DNA from: Candidatus Fervidifonticultor quintus | GTDB taxonomy: Bacteria > Sysuimicrobiota > Sysuimicrobiia > Sysuimicrobiales > Humicultoraceae | Direction: 5' to 3' | NCBI GenBank assembly: GCA_031459535.1 | Contig: JAVKIJ010000001.1 | Span: forward strand, 1 to 64,000 | DNA length: 64,000 nucleotides | Shown: positions 1 to 9,189 of the stretch, one piece after another | Position numbering within the stretch: the stretch's first letter is position 1 | How the letters are laid out: the number at the start of each line of letters is the position of its first letter | Translations under genes and position numbers: made by a program | Notes under the pieces: model-generated | What the model was told of the DNA's origin: nothing | What the model saw: the letters and a program-made list of their open reading frames with translations, nothing else | The model's database searches: none

Positions 1-108
1 AGCCTACCCAGCGGCGCCGGCAAGACTTGGTCGAGATCCTGCGGCCGCTGTGTGAAGGTGCAGGTGTGGGGTACAGAACGCCACGAAGGCGCTGACCCCG
101 CGCCCAAA

Positions 109-137
109 TTGACCCGCTCACCCAGGTAGCCTACAAT
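109..137 (+). promoter_or_regulatory. sigma70-type promoter
   Basis: TTGACC (109-114), 17-nt spacer, TACAAT (132-137), upstream of the ATG at 170. Confidence 0.65.
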
Positions 138-169
138 GGCCGAGGTCGCACCGCCGCGAGGTTTGCCGC

Positions 170-856
170 ATGCCCGAGCCGGATATCACCGCCCTAGGCA
201 TCTCCGCCGCCTACGCGCTCATTGCCTTTGTGCCGCTGGCCGGTCGCCATCTGAGGCGACCGCTGGTCTCGCTGTGCCTGGTGGCCGGGCTCATCGCCGG
301 GTTCTTCACCCGGGAAGCTGTGAGGCTGGCGGCGGAGGTACTGGCGCCGTTCGCGTCCCTCTCGACGGGCCCAGCCTCGGACGTCGCCAGCGTTGCTATC
401 GCGTCCGTTGTCGGTGAGGTACTCAAGGCGCTGGCGCCGCTCGCGCTGATCCTGATGGCGCCTACGGGCCCGGGAAGGGGGCTGGCCTACGGCGCGGCGG
501 CGGGCGCCGGCTTCGGTTTCGTGATGGCCCACCAGGGCCTGGCCATGGCGCTGGGCCTGGCGGGCTCCCCGTTCATCACGCCAGCGTCCACCGTCGCGGC
601 CGTGGCTGGATGGTTCTTCCGGGTACTCCCGCACACGCTCACGACCGCCTACGTCGCCCGCGCCGGCGCCGTCGGTGGTGCGGGTGGAGCGCTCCTGGTG
701 GCGTGTCTCGTGCAGTTCGCGTTGGGGTTTGCGGATCGGCTGCCCGTCATCCTGAGCATCCCCACGGGCCTGATTCCGACCGCCGCCATCTCTCTCATCT
801 TCTACGTCTACCTCTGGAGGGCCCGCCGGACGCTGCTGGACGCCTCCGGCCCGTGA
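170..856 (+). CDS. PrsW/YhfC-like multi-pass membrane protein (protease motifs degenerate)
   Basis: Several hydrophobic helices; GEVLK, G.AAGAGFGF and a PH motif resemble the PrsW-family pattern. Confidence 0.5.
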   Translation: MPEPDITALGISAAYALIAFVPLAGRHLRRPLVSLCLVAGLIAGFFTREAVRLAAEVLAPFASLSTGPASDVASVAIASVVGEVLKALAPLALILMAPTGPGRGLAYGAAAGAGFGFVMAHQGLAMALGLAGSPFITPASTVAAVAGWFFRVLPHTLTTAYVARAGAVGGAGGALLVACLVQFALGFADRLPVILSIPTGLIPTAAISLIFYVYLWRARRTLLDASGP

Positions 857-1719
857 GCTCCGGCTTCGGACTCGACAGTCCCGCCGTCGCGCACATGGGA
901 ACCGCCCCCGCCGTAGATCCGCTCCAGGCCGGATGGGCTGCGCTCCGCGACTTCTTCCGCCAGGGCCGGGGCGCCCTGACCCGCGCTATCGAACTCCTCC
1001 AGGCGGCCGAGGCCGGAGTCCGGCGCTCCGGTGAACCGACACGGATGACCCTGTGGCTGCTGGCCCTGGCCACCGCGCTGCGCTACACCCGCAACCCGGA
1101 GTCCTTGGACGAGGCCCTGGAGCGCGCCCGGGAGCTGGTCAACCTGGTGGCCCGCGCGCAGGACGAGGCGGCCACGATCCCCTACCGGACCGTCGTCGAG
1201 GGCATCTACTGCGATCACGCCGATGTCGTGCCGGCCCAGGCGGTCGCGTCTGTTGCGGCGGGTCTGCAGTACTCCGACCGTACCGTGCGGCTGGCGCGCC
1301 GAGTCGGACGAGACGACTGGCTGGCCGCGGCCCTGGCCAGCCGCGGCGACCTGATGCTCCGGCATGCGGGCACGGACCGCCGGGGTATCCGCCGCGCGTT
1401 GACCCTGCACGAGGAGGCCAGGCGCCGGTGGCCGGCACGCGACCGCGAAGGCCGCGCCCAGGCCGGGCTGGGGTATGCGGCCGCGCTGCTGGCCGCGGGA
1501 GAGGCCTCGAAGGCCGAACTCGTGGCGCGCGAATCGCTGGCAGCTTTCGCCGGGTGCGGCGACCGGTACCACGAGGCTGGTGCCCACCTGATGCTGGCGA
1601 GGGTGCTGCTTGCGCTCCAGCGTGACGACGCGCTGGATGAGCAGGCGGCGGCCGCCTCGTTGTTCAAGATATTAGGGTGCCGGTGGGAATTGGGGCAGGC
1701 CGAGAGGGTACTGGCGTGA
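853..1719 (+). CDS. hypothetical alpha-helical (TPR-like) protein
   Basis: GTG at 853 overlaps the upstream TGA (alternative ATG at 895); Ala/Leu/Arg-rich helical-repeat composition. Confidence 0.55.
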   Translation: MSSGFGLDSPAVAHMGTAPAVDPLQAGWAALRDFFRQGRGALTRAIELLQAAEAGVRRSGEPTRMTLWLLALATALRYTRNPESLDEALERARELVNLVARAQDEAATIPYRTVVEGIYCDHADVVPAQAVASVAAGLQYSDRTVRLARRVGRDDWLAAALASRGDLMLRHAGTDRRGIRRALTLHEEARRRWPARDREGRAQAGLGYAAALLAAGEASKAELVARESLAAFAGCGDRYHEAGAHLMLARVLLALQRDDALDEQAAAASLFKILGCRWELGQAERVLA

Positions 1720-1727
1720 GAGCTGGT

Positions 1728-2213
1728 ATGGTCAGGGCCGTGATCGCGGTCGCGCTCGCCGCCTCGATGGTCTTCGTGGCTGCTGTAGGCAATGGGGCCA
1801 CCGCGCACGCCGGCCCGACGCTGGAGGACCAAGTTGATGCCATTGCCCGGGAGCTCATGTGCCCGGTCTGCGCCGGCCAGACGGTGGCCGATTCCGGCAG
1901 TCAGCTTGCCGAGCAGATGCGCGCCGAGATTCGCAAGCGGCTCGAGGCCGGACAGACCCGGGAAGAGATCATCGGCTACTTCATCGGCCAGTTCGGTGAA
2001 GGCGTGCTGGCCAAGCCGCCCGCTCGCGGGACCGGGCTGATCCTGTGGCTGTCGCTGCCGCTGGCGCTCCTGGTGGGGGCCCTGATCCTGCGCCGGTTCC
2101 TCAAGAGCAACCTGGCAGCGGCCCGGGCACCAACGGCCGGGCCGCCTCCCCCCACACGTGAAGAAGCGGAGCGGATTGCGCAGGCCCTGCGCAATCTCGA
2201 CGATGGCCGCTGA
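1728..2213 (+). CDS. ccmH: cytochrome c-type biogenesis protein CcmH/NrfF family
   Basis: N-terminal signal, LMCPVCAGQTVADS (LRCxxC-type motif), FGE.VL..PP, C-terminal TM helix. Confidence 0.85.
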   Translation: MVRAVIAVALAASMVFVAAVGNGATAHAGPTLEDQVDAIARELMCPVCAGQTVADSGSQLAEQMRAEIRKRLEAGQTREEIIGYFIGQFGEGVLAKPPARGTGLILWLSLPLALLVGALILRRFLKSNLAAARAPTAGPPPPTREEAERIAQALRNLDDGR

Positions 2214-2944
2214 TGCGCATTGGCATCGTCTCTGATGTCCACGCAAACCTCGAGGCGCTGCAGGCGGTGCTGACGCATCTCGAAGGGCAGTCCCCAGATG
2301 CGATTGTCTGCCTGGGCGACTTCGTGGGCTACGGGCCCGACCCCAACCCGTGCGTCGAGCGGCTGCGGCCCAGGATCAACGCCGCCGTGCTGGGCAATCA
2401 CGACCAGGCGGCGATCGGCGGACGGCCGATTGACGACTTCAATCTCTTCGCGCAGGCTGCCATGGCCTGGACGCAGGAGACACTCAGTGAGGGCACGCGT
2501 GCCTTTCTGATGTCTCTGCCGGTCCGGGCCGAGATCGAAGGGTTCCTGCTGGTGCACGGGAGCCCGCGACAACCGGTTGAGGAGTACATCATGGACACCC
2601 GGACCGCGCGGGCCAGCTTCGTCGCCCAGCCGTTTGCTGTCGCCTTCGTGGGCCACACGCACCAGCCGGTCGTCTTCGTGGAGTCCAGACACCGGGTGTC
2701 TGCCAGGGGACTCCTCCCGGAGGTGCCGTTGGTGCTGGAGCCTTCCCGGCGCTACATCATCAACGTCGGCAGTGTGGGGCAGCCGCGGGATGGCGATCCC
2801 CGCGCGGCGTACGTCGTGGCCGACACAGAGAACCGCACCGTCACGTTGTTCCGCGTACCGTATCCGGTCGAGGAGACCCAGCGCAAGATGGATGCGGCCG
2901 GTCTGCCCGTGCCGCTCATCGAGCGGCTGGCGCTGGGGCGGTAG
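2213..2944 (+). CDS. calcineurin-like metallophosphoesterase
   Basis: SDVHAN, LGDFVGYG, GNHD, VHGSP, GHTH and NVGSVGQPRDG motifs. Confidence 0.9.
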   Translation: MRIGIVSDVHANLEALQAVLTHLEGQSPDAIVCLGDFVGYGPDPNPCVERLRPRINAAVLGNHDQAAIGGRPIDDFNLFAQAAMAWTQETLSEGTRAFLMSLPVRAEIEGFLLVHGSPRQPVEEYIMDTRTARASFVAQPFAVAFVGHTHQPVVFVESRHRVSARGLLPEVPLVLEPSRRYIINVGSVGQPRDGDPRAAYVVADTENRTVTLFRVPYPVEETQRKMDAAGLPVPLIERLALGR

Positions 2945-2973
2945 AGGAACCCCGTTTCACCGGCCCGAACACT

Positions 2974-3003
2974 CCTCCGTCACCCCCCGACGGAGGTTTT
3001 CTT
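2974..3003 (+). terminator. terminator-like hairpin overlapping the RBS of the next gene
   Basis: CCTCCGTC-7 nt loop-GACGGAGG followed by TTTTCTT, then ATG at 3004. Confidence 0.5.
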
Positions 3004-5079
3004 ATGAGCGCGCGCCGCATCACCATTGAAGACCTGCTCGCACTGCGTTTCGTGGGGGACGTGGCCCTCTCACCGGACGGACGGACCGTCGCCTACGTCC
3101 AGGAGACGATCGAGGCCGCAGGGGAGGCCGCGGGGTCGCCGTACGGGTACCGGTCGGCGATCTGGCTCGCAGACGCCTCCGGCGGCGCACCTCAGCAGTT
3201 CACCGGCGGGGAGGCCCGTGACCGGCGGCCGGTTTGGTCGCCCGACGGCAGCCGCCTGCTCTTCGTGTCGGATCGCGGCCCCGCTACCGGCGGCAGCCGG
3301 CCCAGGCACCTGTGGGTCATCGCGCGGGCCGGCGGAGAGGCACGCCGGATCACGCAGGCCGACTACAATCCCGCCGACGCGGTCTGGTCGCCCGACGGGG
3401 CGCAGATTGCGTTTACCGGCAAGGCGCCCGTCACCGACAAGGCGCCGGCCAGCGACGTGAAGATCATCACGCGTCTCAAGCACAAGTTCGACGGCGAGGG
3501 ATTCTGGGACGCCCGGTACAAGCACATCTTCGTCATCCCCGCATCCGGCGGTGAGGCCCGCCAGGTGACCTCTGGCGACTTCGACCACCGCGAGCCCGCC
3601 TGGAGCCCCGACGGGACGCGCCTGGCCGTCGTGGCCAACCGGTCCGAGGACGCCGACACGACCAACGTCACGGACATTTGGGTCCTCTCGCCGGCGAGCG
3701 GGGAGATGCGGCGCCTGACCGTTGGGGTCGGCCCGTCCGCCAGCCCGTCGTGGTCGCCCGACGGCCGCCTGATCGCCTACCTGGGGCACGAGAACGCGTG
3801 CATGGGCGCGTCCAATGTGATGCTGTGGGTCGTCCCGGCCGACGGCAGTAGCCCGCCCCGATGCCTGACGCGCCACTTCGATCGGTCGCTCGCCCATCAC
3901 ATCATTTCCGACATGCGCGCTCATCCCACGTGCGGCCATCCGGTGTGGTCGCCGGACGGCCGCTTCATCTTCGTCATGGTGGCCGAGGGCGGCACGACGC
4001 AGCTCGCTGCGGTCGAGGTCGCCACAGGTGCGGTGCACCTGATGACCACCGGTCGCCGGGAGATCTACGGCGAGTCGTACGATGCCACGTGCCGGCGCGT
4101 GGCGATGGCGATCTCCGACCCGGCAACGCCGGGCGACATCTGGGTTGCCGAGGTCGAGGGACTGGCCGAGGGCGCGCCGACCATCGCACCCGCGCGCGAG
4201 CGCCGGCTCACCGAGGCCAACAGAGACCTGCTCGGGGGCATCGAGTTGAGCACCCCCCAGCGCTATGCCTACATCGGTGCCGACGGCTGGACCATCGAAG
4301 GCTGGGTGATGCCGCCCGTGGGCCTGGAGCCGGGCCGCCGCTACCCCACGATCCTCGTGGTGCACGGCGGGCCGCACGCGGCTTACGGTGAAGCGTTCTT
4401 CCACGAGTTCCAGGTGCTGGCGGCACTGGGCTATGCGCTGGTACTCACCAACCCGCGCGGCAGCCAGGGGTACGGTCAGACGTTCACGGCGGCCACCCAT
4501 CACGACTGGGGTGGCAAGGACTACGCCGACATCATGGAGGGGCTGGAGGCGGCCCTGGCCCGGTTCGAGTTCCTCGACCGCGACCGCCTGGGCGTGGAGG
4601 GCGGCTCCTACGGCGGCTACATGACCAATTGGATCGTCGGCCATACCCAGCGGTTCAAGGCGGCGGTGACCATGCGCTCGATCGCCAACTGCCTGAGCCA
4701 GTGGGGCACCAGCGACATGGCGTACCTCAAGGGTTACTGGGAGTTCCCCGGCGATCCCTGGGAGAGCCCGCAGTTCTACTGGGAGCGGTCGCCGCTGGCC
4801 TACGTGAAGAACATCACGACGCCGCTACTCATCTTACACAGCGAGAACGACCTGCGCTGTCCCGTCAGCGAGGGCGAACAGCTCTTCGCCGCCCTACGCA
4901 AACAGGGCAAGGAGGTCACCTTCGCGCGCTTCCCCAACGAGAGCCACGATCTGTCGCGCAACGGTCAACCTCAGCACCGCATCGAGCGGCTGCGGTTGAT
5001 CGTGGACTGGTTCGGCAAGTACCTGGCACCGCCCGTGGCCCAGGCCCAGACCGCCAGCGCTGCGCTGGCGGCGCAGTGA
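3004..5079 (+). CDS. S9 family peptidase (acylaminoacyl/prolyl oligopeptidase type)
   Basis: WSPDG beta-propeller repeats, HGGPH, GGSYGG nucleophile motif, D (ENDLRC) and H (ESHDL) triad. Confidence 0.93.
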   Translation: MSARRITIEDLLALRFVGDVALSPDGRTVAYVQETIEAAGEAAGSPYGYRSAIWLADASGGAPQQFTGGEARDRRPVWSPDGSRLLFVSDRGPATGGSRPRHLWVIARAGGEARRITQADYNPADAVWSPDGAQIAFTGKAPVTDKAPASDVKIITRLKHKFDGEGFWDARYKHIFVIPASGGEARQVTSGDFDHREPAWSPDGTRLAVVANRSEDADTTNVTDIWVLSPASGEMRRLTVGVGPSASPSWSPDGRLIAYLGHENACMGASNVMLWVVPADGSSPPRCLTRHFDRSLAHHIISDMRAHPTCGHPVWSPDGRFIFVMVAEGGTTQLAAVEVATGAVHLMTTGRREIYGESYDATCRRVAMAISDPATPGDIWVAEVEGLAEGAPTIAPARERRLTEANRDLLGGIELSTPQRYAYIGADGWTIEGWVMPPVGLEPGRRYPTILVVHGGPHAAYGEAFFHEFQVLAALGYALVLTNPRGSQGYGQTFTAATHHDWGGKDYADIMEGLEAALARFEFLDRDRLGVEGGSYGGYMTNWIVGHTQRFKAAVTMRSIANCLSQWGTSDMAYLKGYWEFPGDPWESPQFYWERSPLAYVKNITTPLLILHSENDLRCPVSEGEQLFAALRKQGKEVTFARFPNESHDLSRNGQPQHRIERLRLIVDWFGKYLAPPVAQAQTASAALAAQ

Positions 5080-5606
5080 TGCCGAGGATCTACACCCGCA
5101 CCGGTGATGATGGCGAGACGGGCCTCCTCGGCGGCGGCCGGGTGCCGAAGGACCACCCCCGCGTCGAGGCCTATGGGACGCTGGACGAGGTCAACAGTGC
5201 GCTCGGTCTGCTGGCGGCACACCTCGAGGGCGATCTGGCCGAGGCGGTGCGTGCGGTGCAGCGCACGTTGTTCGCCATCGGTGCCGAGCTGGCGACCCCG
5301 GAGCCCGGGCGCGTACCGGCGCTGGGGCCCGTGGCCACGGGCTCGCTCGAGGGGCTCATCGACCGCTGGGAATCTGACCTGGAGCCGCTGAAGACCTTCG
5401 TTGTGCCCGGCGGCAGCCGCCCGGCGGCGATCTGCCATCTCGCGCGGGCGCTGTGCCGGCGCGCCGAACGCCGCGTCGTGACGCTGGCCCGGACCGAGCC
5501 CGTCAACCCCGAGATCCTGCGCTACCTGAACCGGCTGTCGGATATGCTCTTCGTGCTGGCGCGGATGCTCAACCGGCGGGCCGGGGTGGCGGAGGAGCCG
5601 TGGTAG
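5079..5606 (+). CDS. pduO: PduO-type cob(I)alamin adenosyltransferase
   Basis: IYTRTGDDGETGL, YGTLDEVNS, RRAERR, YLNRLSD.LF; ATG overlaps the upstream TGA. Confidence 0.92.
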   Translation: MPRIYTRTGDDGETGLLGGGRVPKDHPRVEAYGTLDEVNSALGLLAAHLEGDLAEAVRAVQRTLFAIGAELATPEPGRVPALGPVATGSLEGLIDRWESDLEPLKTFVVPGGSRPAAICHLARALCRRAERRVVTLARTEPVNPEILRYLNRLSDMLFVLARMLNRRAGVAEEPW

Positions 5607-5625
5607 GCGGGGTAACGTCCCGGCG

Positions 5626-5892
5626 ATGATTCGCACGCAGATCCATCTGACCGAGGACCAGGTGCGTCGGCTGCGAAGGTTGGCGGCGCAGCGAGGCGTC
5701 TCGATGGCGGAACTAATCCGCGAGGCCATCGACCGGCTGGTGCGATCTGCGGGCGGAATCCCGTGGGAAGAGCGCCCCAAGCGTGCCCTCCGGGCCGTCG
5801 GCCGCTTTGCTTCGAGGCGCAGTGGTGTGAGCGTCAGGCACGACTAGCATCTGGAGGAGGCGTACGGTCCCTTGCATGCGCACGCTCGTTGA
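5626..5892 (+). pseudogene. CopG/ribbon-helix-helix antitoxin (VapB-like), probable premature TAG at 5845-5847
   Basis: MIRTQIHLTEDQ...SMAELIREAIDR; the family-like tail S..HD-x-HLEEAY continues past the TAG. Confidence 0.6.
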
Positions 5893-5960
5893 CACGTCGG
5901 GTCTCGTACGCCCTGCTGGACGGCGATGTGGAAACCGCTGCAACGGGCCTGAGAGGCTGA
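5876..5960 (+). pseudogene. PIN-domain (VapC-like) toxin remnant
   Basis: MRTLVDTSGL, then YALLDGD in a shifted frame, then no further similarity. Confidence 0.55.
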
Positions 5961-6087
5961 GAGAGCCTGCCGCGCCTGCCGGGCGATGAAACAACATCCT
6001 TCCGGGCCTGTAGTTACCGACTCTAAGAGAGCCGGGGGCGGCCAGACCATTTGACTTCACTAAGCGGGCTGAACACTGCCCGCGTTC

Positions 6088-7045
6088 TCACCCGAAGACC
6101 CAGTCCTGTAGATCCAAGCCGAGGCCGGACTCTTGGGGCAGCCGAATCTCGCCGTCTTGCACGATCAACGGTTCTTTCAGTGTTGACTGGTACACCGACG
6201 CGGGGAACGCCGGAGGATCGTGGAGGAACTCGAAGTAGGTGGAGTTGGGGATGGCGGCAGCCAGGTGGAGGTTGGCCACCATGCCTACAGGATCACCCCA
6301 GGTGTGGGGCGTGACAAGCACCCCTGCGGCGTGAGCCATCATGGCCAGGGCTCGGATGCGCAGCAGCCCTTCGCAGAGGGTCACGTCGGGCTGCAGGATG
6401 TCGTAGCAGCCATCCATCAGCAGGTGCTGCAAATCGTCGAACCGCTGGTTGCTGTTTCCGGCTGCGATAGGTACGGGGGAGGCTCTGTGCAGCCGCTGCA
6501 GCTCGGCGTAGGCGTGCCGAGGTAGAGGTTCCTCCAGCCACGCCACGCTGTACTCGGCGAGGGCGCTGGCCGTCTTGAGGGCGCGGTGGTATGTCCAGAC
6601 CGGGCCGGGTAACGGCGCGTCGGAAGTGTCTGTCTGATTGGCGTCCACCATGATCGCCATGTCGTCGCGGATGCGCAGCTTGATGGCGCGGAACCCTTCG
6701 TCCCGTCGCCGCCGAGCATCATCGGCCCGCTGCCGCTGGGGTCCTGTTCCGCCCCGTGTCAGCGTAGGGCACCACTGTGTCGCGGGCGTTGCCCAGCAGC
6801 TTGTACGCCGGCATTGCTGCCACTTTACCCAGGATGTCCCACAACGCCACCTCGACGAACCACACCGTGGCACCGAAGAACGGCCAGAGCTGACGCAGCG
6901 TCCCGGCATGCTTCTCGATGCGCAGGGGATCATGGCCGATCAGGTGGGTGGCAATCTGCGCGACACACTGCTCCTCGCCGCCGTAGAACTGGTGTCCGGC
7001 GATCCCGTAAACGCCTGCGTCAGTGTCGATCCGGACGTAGACGAT
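6088..7045 (-). pseudogene. mandelate racemase/muconate lactonizing enzyme family (enolase superfamily), disrupted
   Basis: VRIDTDAG, ALWDILGK, KLR, IMVDAN, WLEEP and ILQPD motifs split over two frames (shift near 6735); short KLR-to-VDAN distance; no own start. Confidence 0.8.
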
Positions 7046-7170
7046 GTATCCAGCTCGCTTGAACAAGTCGACCACCTTGGCCTGCGCTTGGTTCATGGCC
7101 GCCTCCGGGGATACCTGTCCGGCGAGCGCGGCCGAGAGGGCGGATTCCACGCAAGTGACGGCTCCGCAAT
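7043..7170 (-). pseudogene. C-terminal remnant of a sugar ABC substrate-binding protein
   Basis: ALSAALAGQVSPEAAMNQAQAKVVDLFKRAGY resembles CUT1 binding-protein C-termini. Confidence 0.45.
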
Positions 7171-7270
7171 ATGGGTAGGGAATGTTCTGGGAGGGTGTGG
7201 CCGCGCCGGGAATCCCGCCGGCCACGCCCTGCCGTCCGCAGGTGAACGGCGTGGCGCGACGCGCACGGTC

Positions 7271-8164
7271 ATGAAGTGGGCGACGCTGGGCCGAGGCCGA
7301 TTCTACTTCGCGGTGTTTGCGCTGCCGGCTGTGCTCTATGTGGTCGCCTGGCGGATTGCCCCCTTGTTGTACACGTTATGGCTCGGGTTGACGCAGTACA
7401 ACCTGGTGTATGATGCGGCGCCGCAGTGGAACGGCCTGGAGAACTATCGGCGGTTGATCCAGGACCGCTTGTTGCTCGAGGCATTGAGACTCTCGGCGGG
7501 GTTCGGGAGCGTCGCGACCGCGGTCGAGCTCGGCGTCGGGCTTGGTGCCGCGGTGTTCTTTGACAGCGATCCGCCCGGCCGGAATCTACTCCTGGGCATC
7601 TTTCTGCTGCCGATGATCATGGCCCCGGTTGTGGTGGGGACGGTGTGGTCCGCGGTGTTCGATCAGACCGTTGGCCCGCTGCCGTTTCTTATCGAAGCCT
7701 TTGGCGGACCGCAGCTCCACTGGTCGGGAACACCCAGGACGGCATTCCTCGTACTGGTGCTGGCCGACGCCTGGGAGTGGGCGCCTCTGATGGCGCTCCT
7801 GCTGTTTGCGGCCATGCAGGCGATCCCACGGGAGCAGCACGAGGCCGCTAGGGTCGACGGCGCTTCCAGCTTCCAGGTGTTCTGGCGGGTGATCCTGCCC
7901 CAGATCACCGGGATGGTGGTCGTGGCGGCTGGGCTGAGGCTCATGGATGCATTCCTGGAGCTGGATAAGGTGATCGTCATGACCGGCGGTGGGCCGGGGA
8001 CCTCTACCCAACTGGTCAGCATGTATATCTACAAACAGGCATTTCAGGGGTATGAGCTGGGATACGCCGCCGCCGTCATCACTGCGCTGATCGTACTGCT
8101 GGCGTGCGTGTACGCGCTTTACCTGGGGCGGTACGGACGATCACTCAAGTCTGCCGCGGCATGA
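7271..8164 (+). CDS. carbohydrate ABC transporter permease (MalF/UgpA-like)
   Basis: GLENY, EAARVDGAS.FQ.F loop, MTGGGPG.ST. Confidence 0.9.
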   Translation: MKWATLGRGRFYFAVFALPAVLYVVAWRIAPLLYTLWLGLTQYNLVYDAAPQWNGLENYRRLIQDRLLLEALRLSAGFGSVATAVELGVGLGAAVFFDSDPPGRNLLLGIFLLPMIMAPVVVGTVWSAVFDQTVGPLPFLIEAFGGPQLHWSGTPRTAFLVLVLADAWEWAPLMALLLFAAMQAIPREQHEAARVDGASSFQVFWRVILPQITGMVVVAAGLRLMDAFLELDKVIVMTGGGPGTSTQLVSMYIYKQAFQGYELGYAAAVITALIVLLACVYALYLGRYGRSLKSAAA

Positions 8165-9033
8165 TCGAGACGCAGGCACCGCTGGAGCGTAGAAGGGCGC
8201 GCGGGGTTGTGAAGAGGACCAGAGGCAGGAAGCGTTGGGGTGGGATCGTAGGCACCGTGCTGGTCCTAGCTTGGACCCTGCCGGCTTTCCTGTACCTTGT
8301 CCTGCTGTCCGTCAAGCCAGAAAGCTTCATGGTCGAGCGTTCCCGGCTCATCTTCCGGCCAACGCTGGAGCGCTACCACGAGCTACTAGTTAGTGACCTA
8401 GGGCTGCCTATCTGGAACAGTCTCCTTACGTCTACTATCGGGGCCCTCTTTACGTTGATTCTGGCAAGCCTCGCAGCGGTAACCTTCAGCTACCGGGACT
8501 TTCGCGGGAAGGCGCTGTTGTTCTTAATGATGCTGCTTCCGCGTATGTTCCCACCGGTGACCACTTTGATCCCAATCCAGCTAGCGATGAAGACCTTGGG
8601 CCTGATCGATACCAGGACGGCCCTCATCATCCTGTTCACCGCGTTCCAGATTCCGCTAGCGCTGTGGATTATGCGGACGTCGCTGGACGACGTGCCGAGA
8701 GAACTGACGGAGAGCGCCGCACTGGATGGAGCGTCACTGCCGGTCATCGTGGGCAGGATCGTGCTCCCTCTCGCCGGGCCCGGCCTCCTGGCAGCGTTCG
8801 TGCTGAGCTTCATCTTCAACTGGAACGAGTTTCTGTTTCCCCTGATCTTAACGGGCGTCAATGCTAAGACCGGGTCCGTGGCGATCATGAACTTTGCGGG
8901 TGGGTACAAGAAACTCCAGTGGGGATCGCTCGCGGTTCTTGGTGTGGTGATGACGCTTCCCGTCGTCGTGTTCATCCTGGCGTTCCGGGCCGCGCTGATT
9001 CGTGGGTTCACGGCGGGGGCCCTGAAGGGCTGA
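8161..9033 (+). CDS. carbohydrate ABC transporter permease (MalG/UgpE-like)
   Basis: WNS, ESAALDGAS, FNWNEFLF, C-terminal GFTAGALKG. Confidence 0.9.
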   Translation: MIETQAPLERRRARGVVKRTRGRKRWGGIVGTVLVLAWTLPAFLYLVLLSVKPESFMVERSRLIFRPTLERYHELLVSDLGLPIWNSLLTSTIGALFTLILASLAAVTFSYRDFRGKALLFLMMLLPRMFPPVTTLIPIQLAMKTLGLIDTRTALIILFTAFQIPLALWIMRTSLDDVPRELTESAALDGASLPVIVGRIVLPLAGPGLLAAFVLSFIFNWNEFLFPLILTGVNAKTGSVAIMNFAGGYKKLQWGSLAVLGVVMTLPVVVFILAFRAALIRGFTAGALKG

Positions 9034-9082
9034 GACTATTGGACGCAGCAAGGATTCCACGAAAGGTGGCGCGAAGTGTGGT

Positions 9083-9096
9083 CGTAAACGTTTTCG
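9083..9096. promoter_or_regulatory. candidate LacI-family operator
   Basis: Near-palindrome CGTAAACGTTTTCG with an AAACGTTT core, in the intergenic region upstream of grdB. Confidence 0.6.
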
Positions 9097-9189
9097 GCAA
9101 TTCGGTCAGTCGGGAGACACGGGAATTTCGGGTGCCGGGTGGCGTTCAACGGCGAGGCTACTGGAACGCGGGACGGAGGAGGCTTGGTC

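Noticed and set aside
1-95. Possible 3' end of an upstream gene (stop at 93-95)
   Set aside because: Too short to identify or support.
5845-5847. TAG in the antitoxin as possible pyrrolysine or readthrough codon
   Set aside because: Not a known Pyl-protein family, and the neighbouring toxin is decayed; a nonsense mutation is simpler.
6064-6083. GCGGGC/GCCCGC hairpin after the enolase remnant
   Set aside because: Only a 6-bp stem with no convincing U-tract, so not called as a terminator.
6638-7270. Long N-terminal extension of the first sugar permease (508-aa ORF)
   Set aside because: The extension is antisense to the pseudogene remnants; permease-like sequence starts at ATG 7271.
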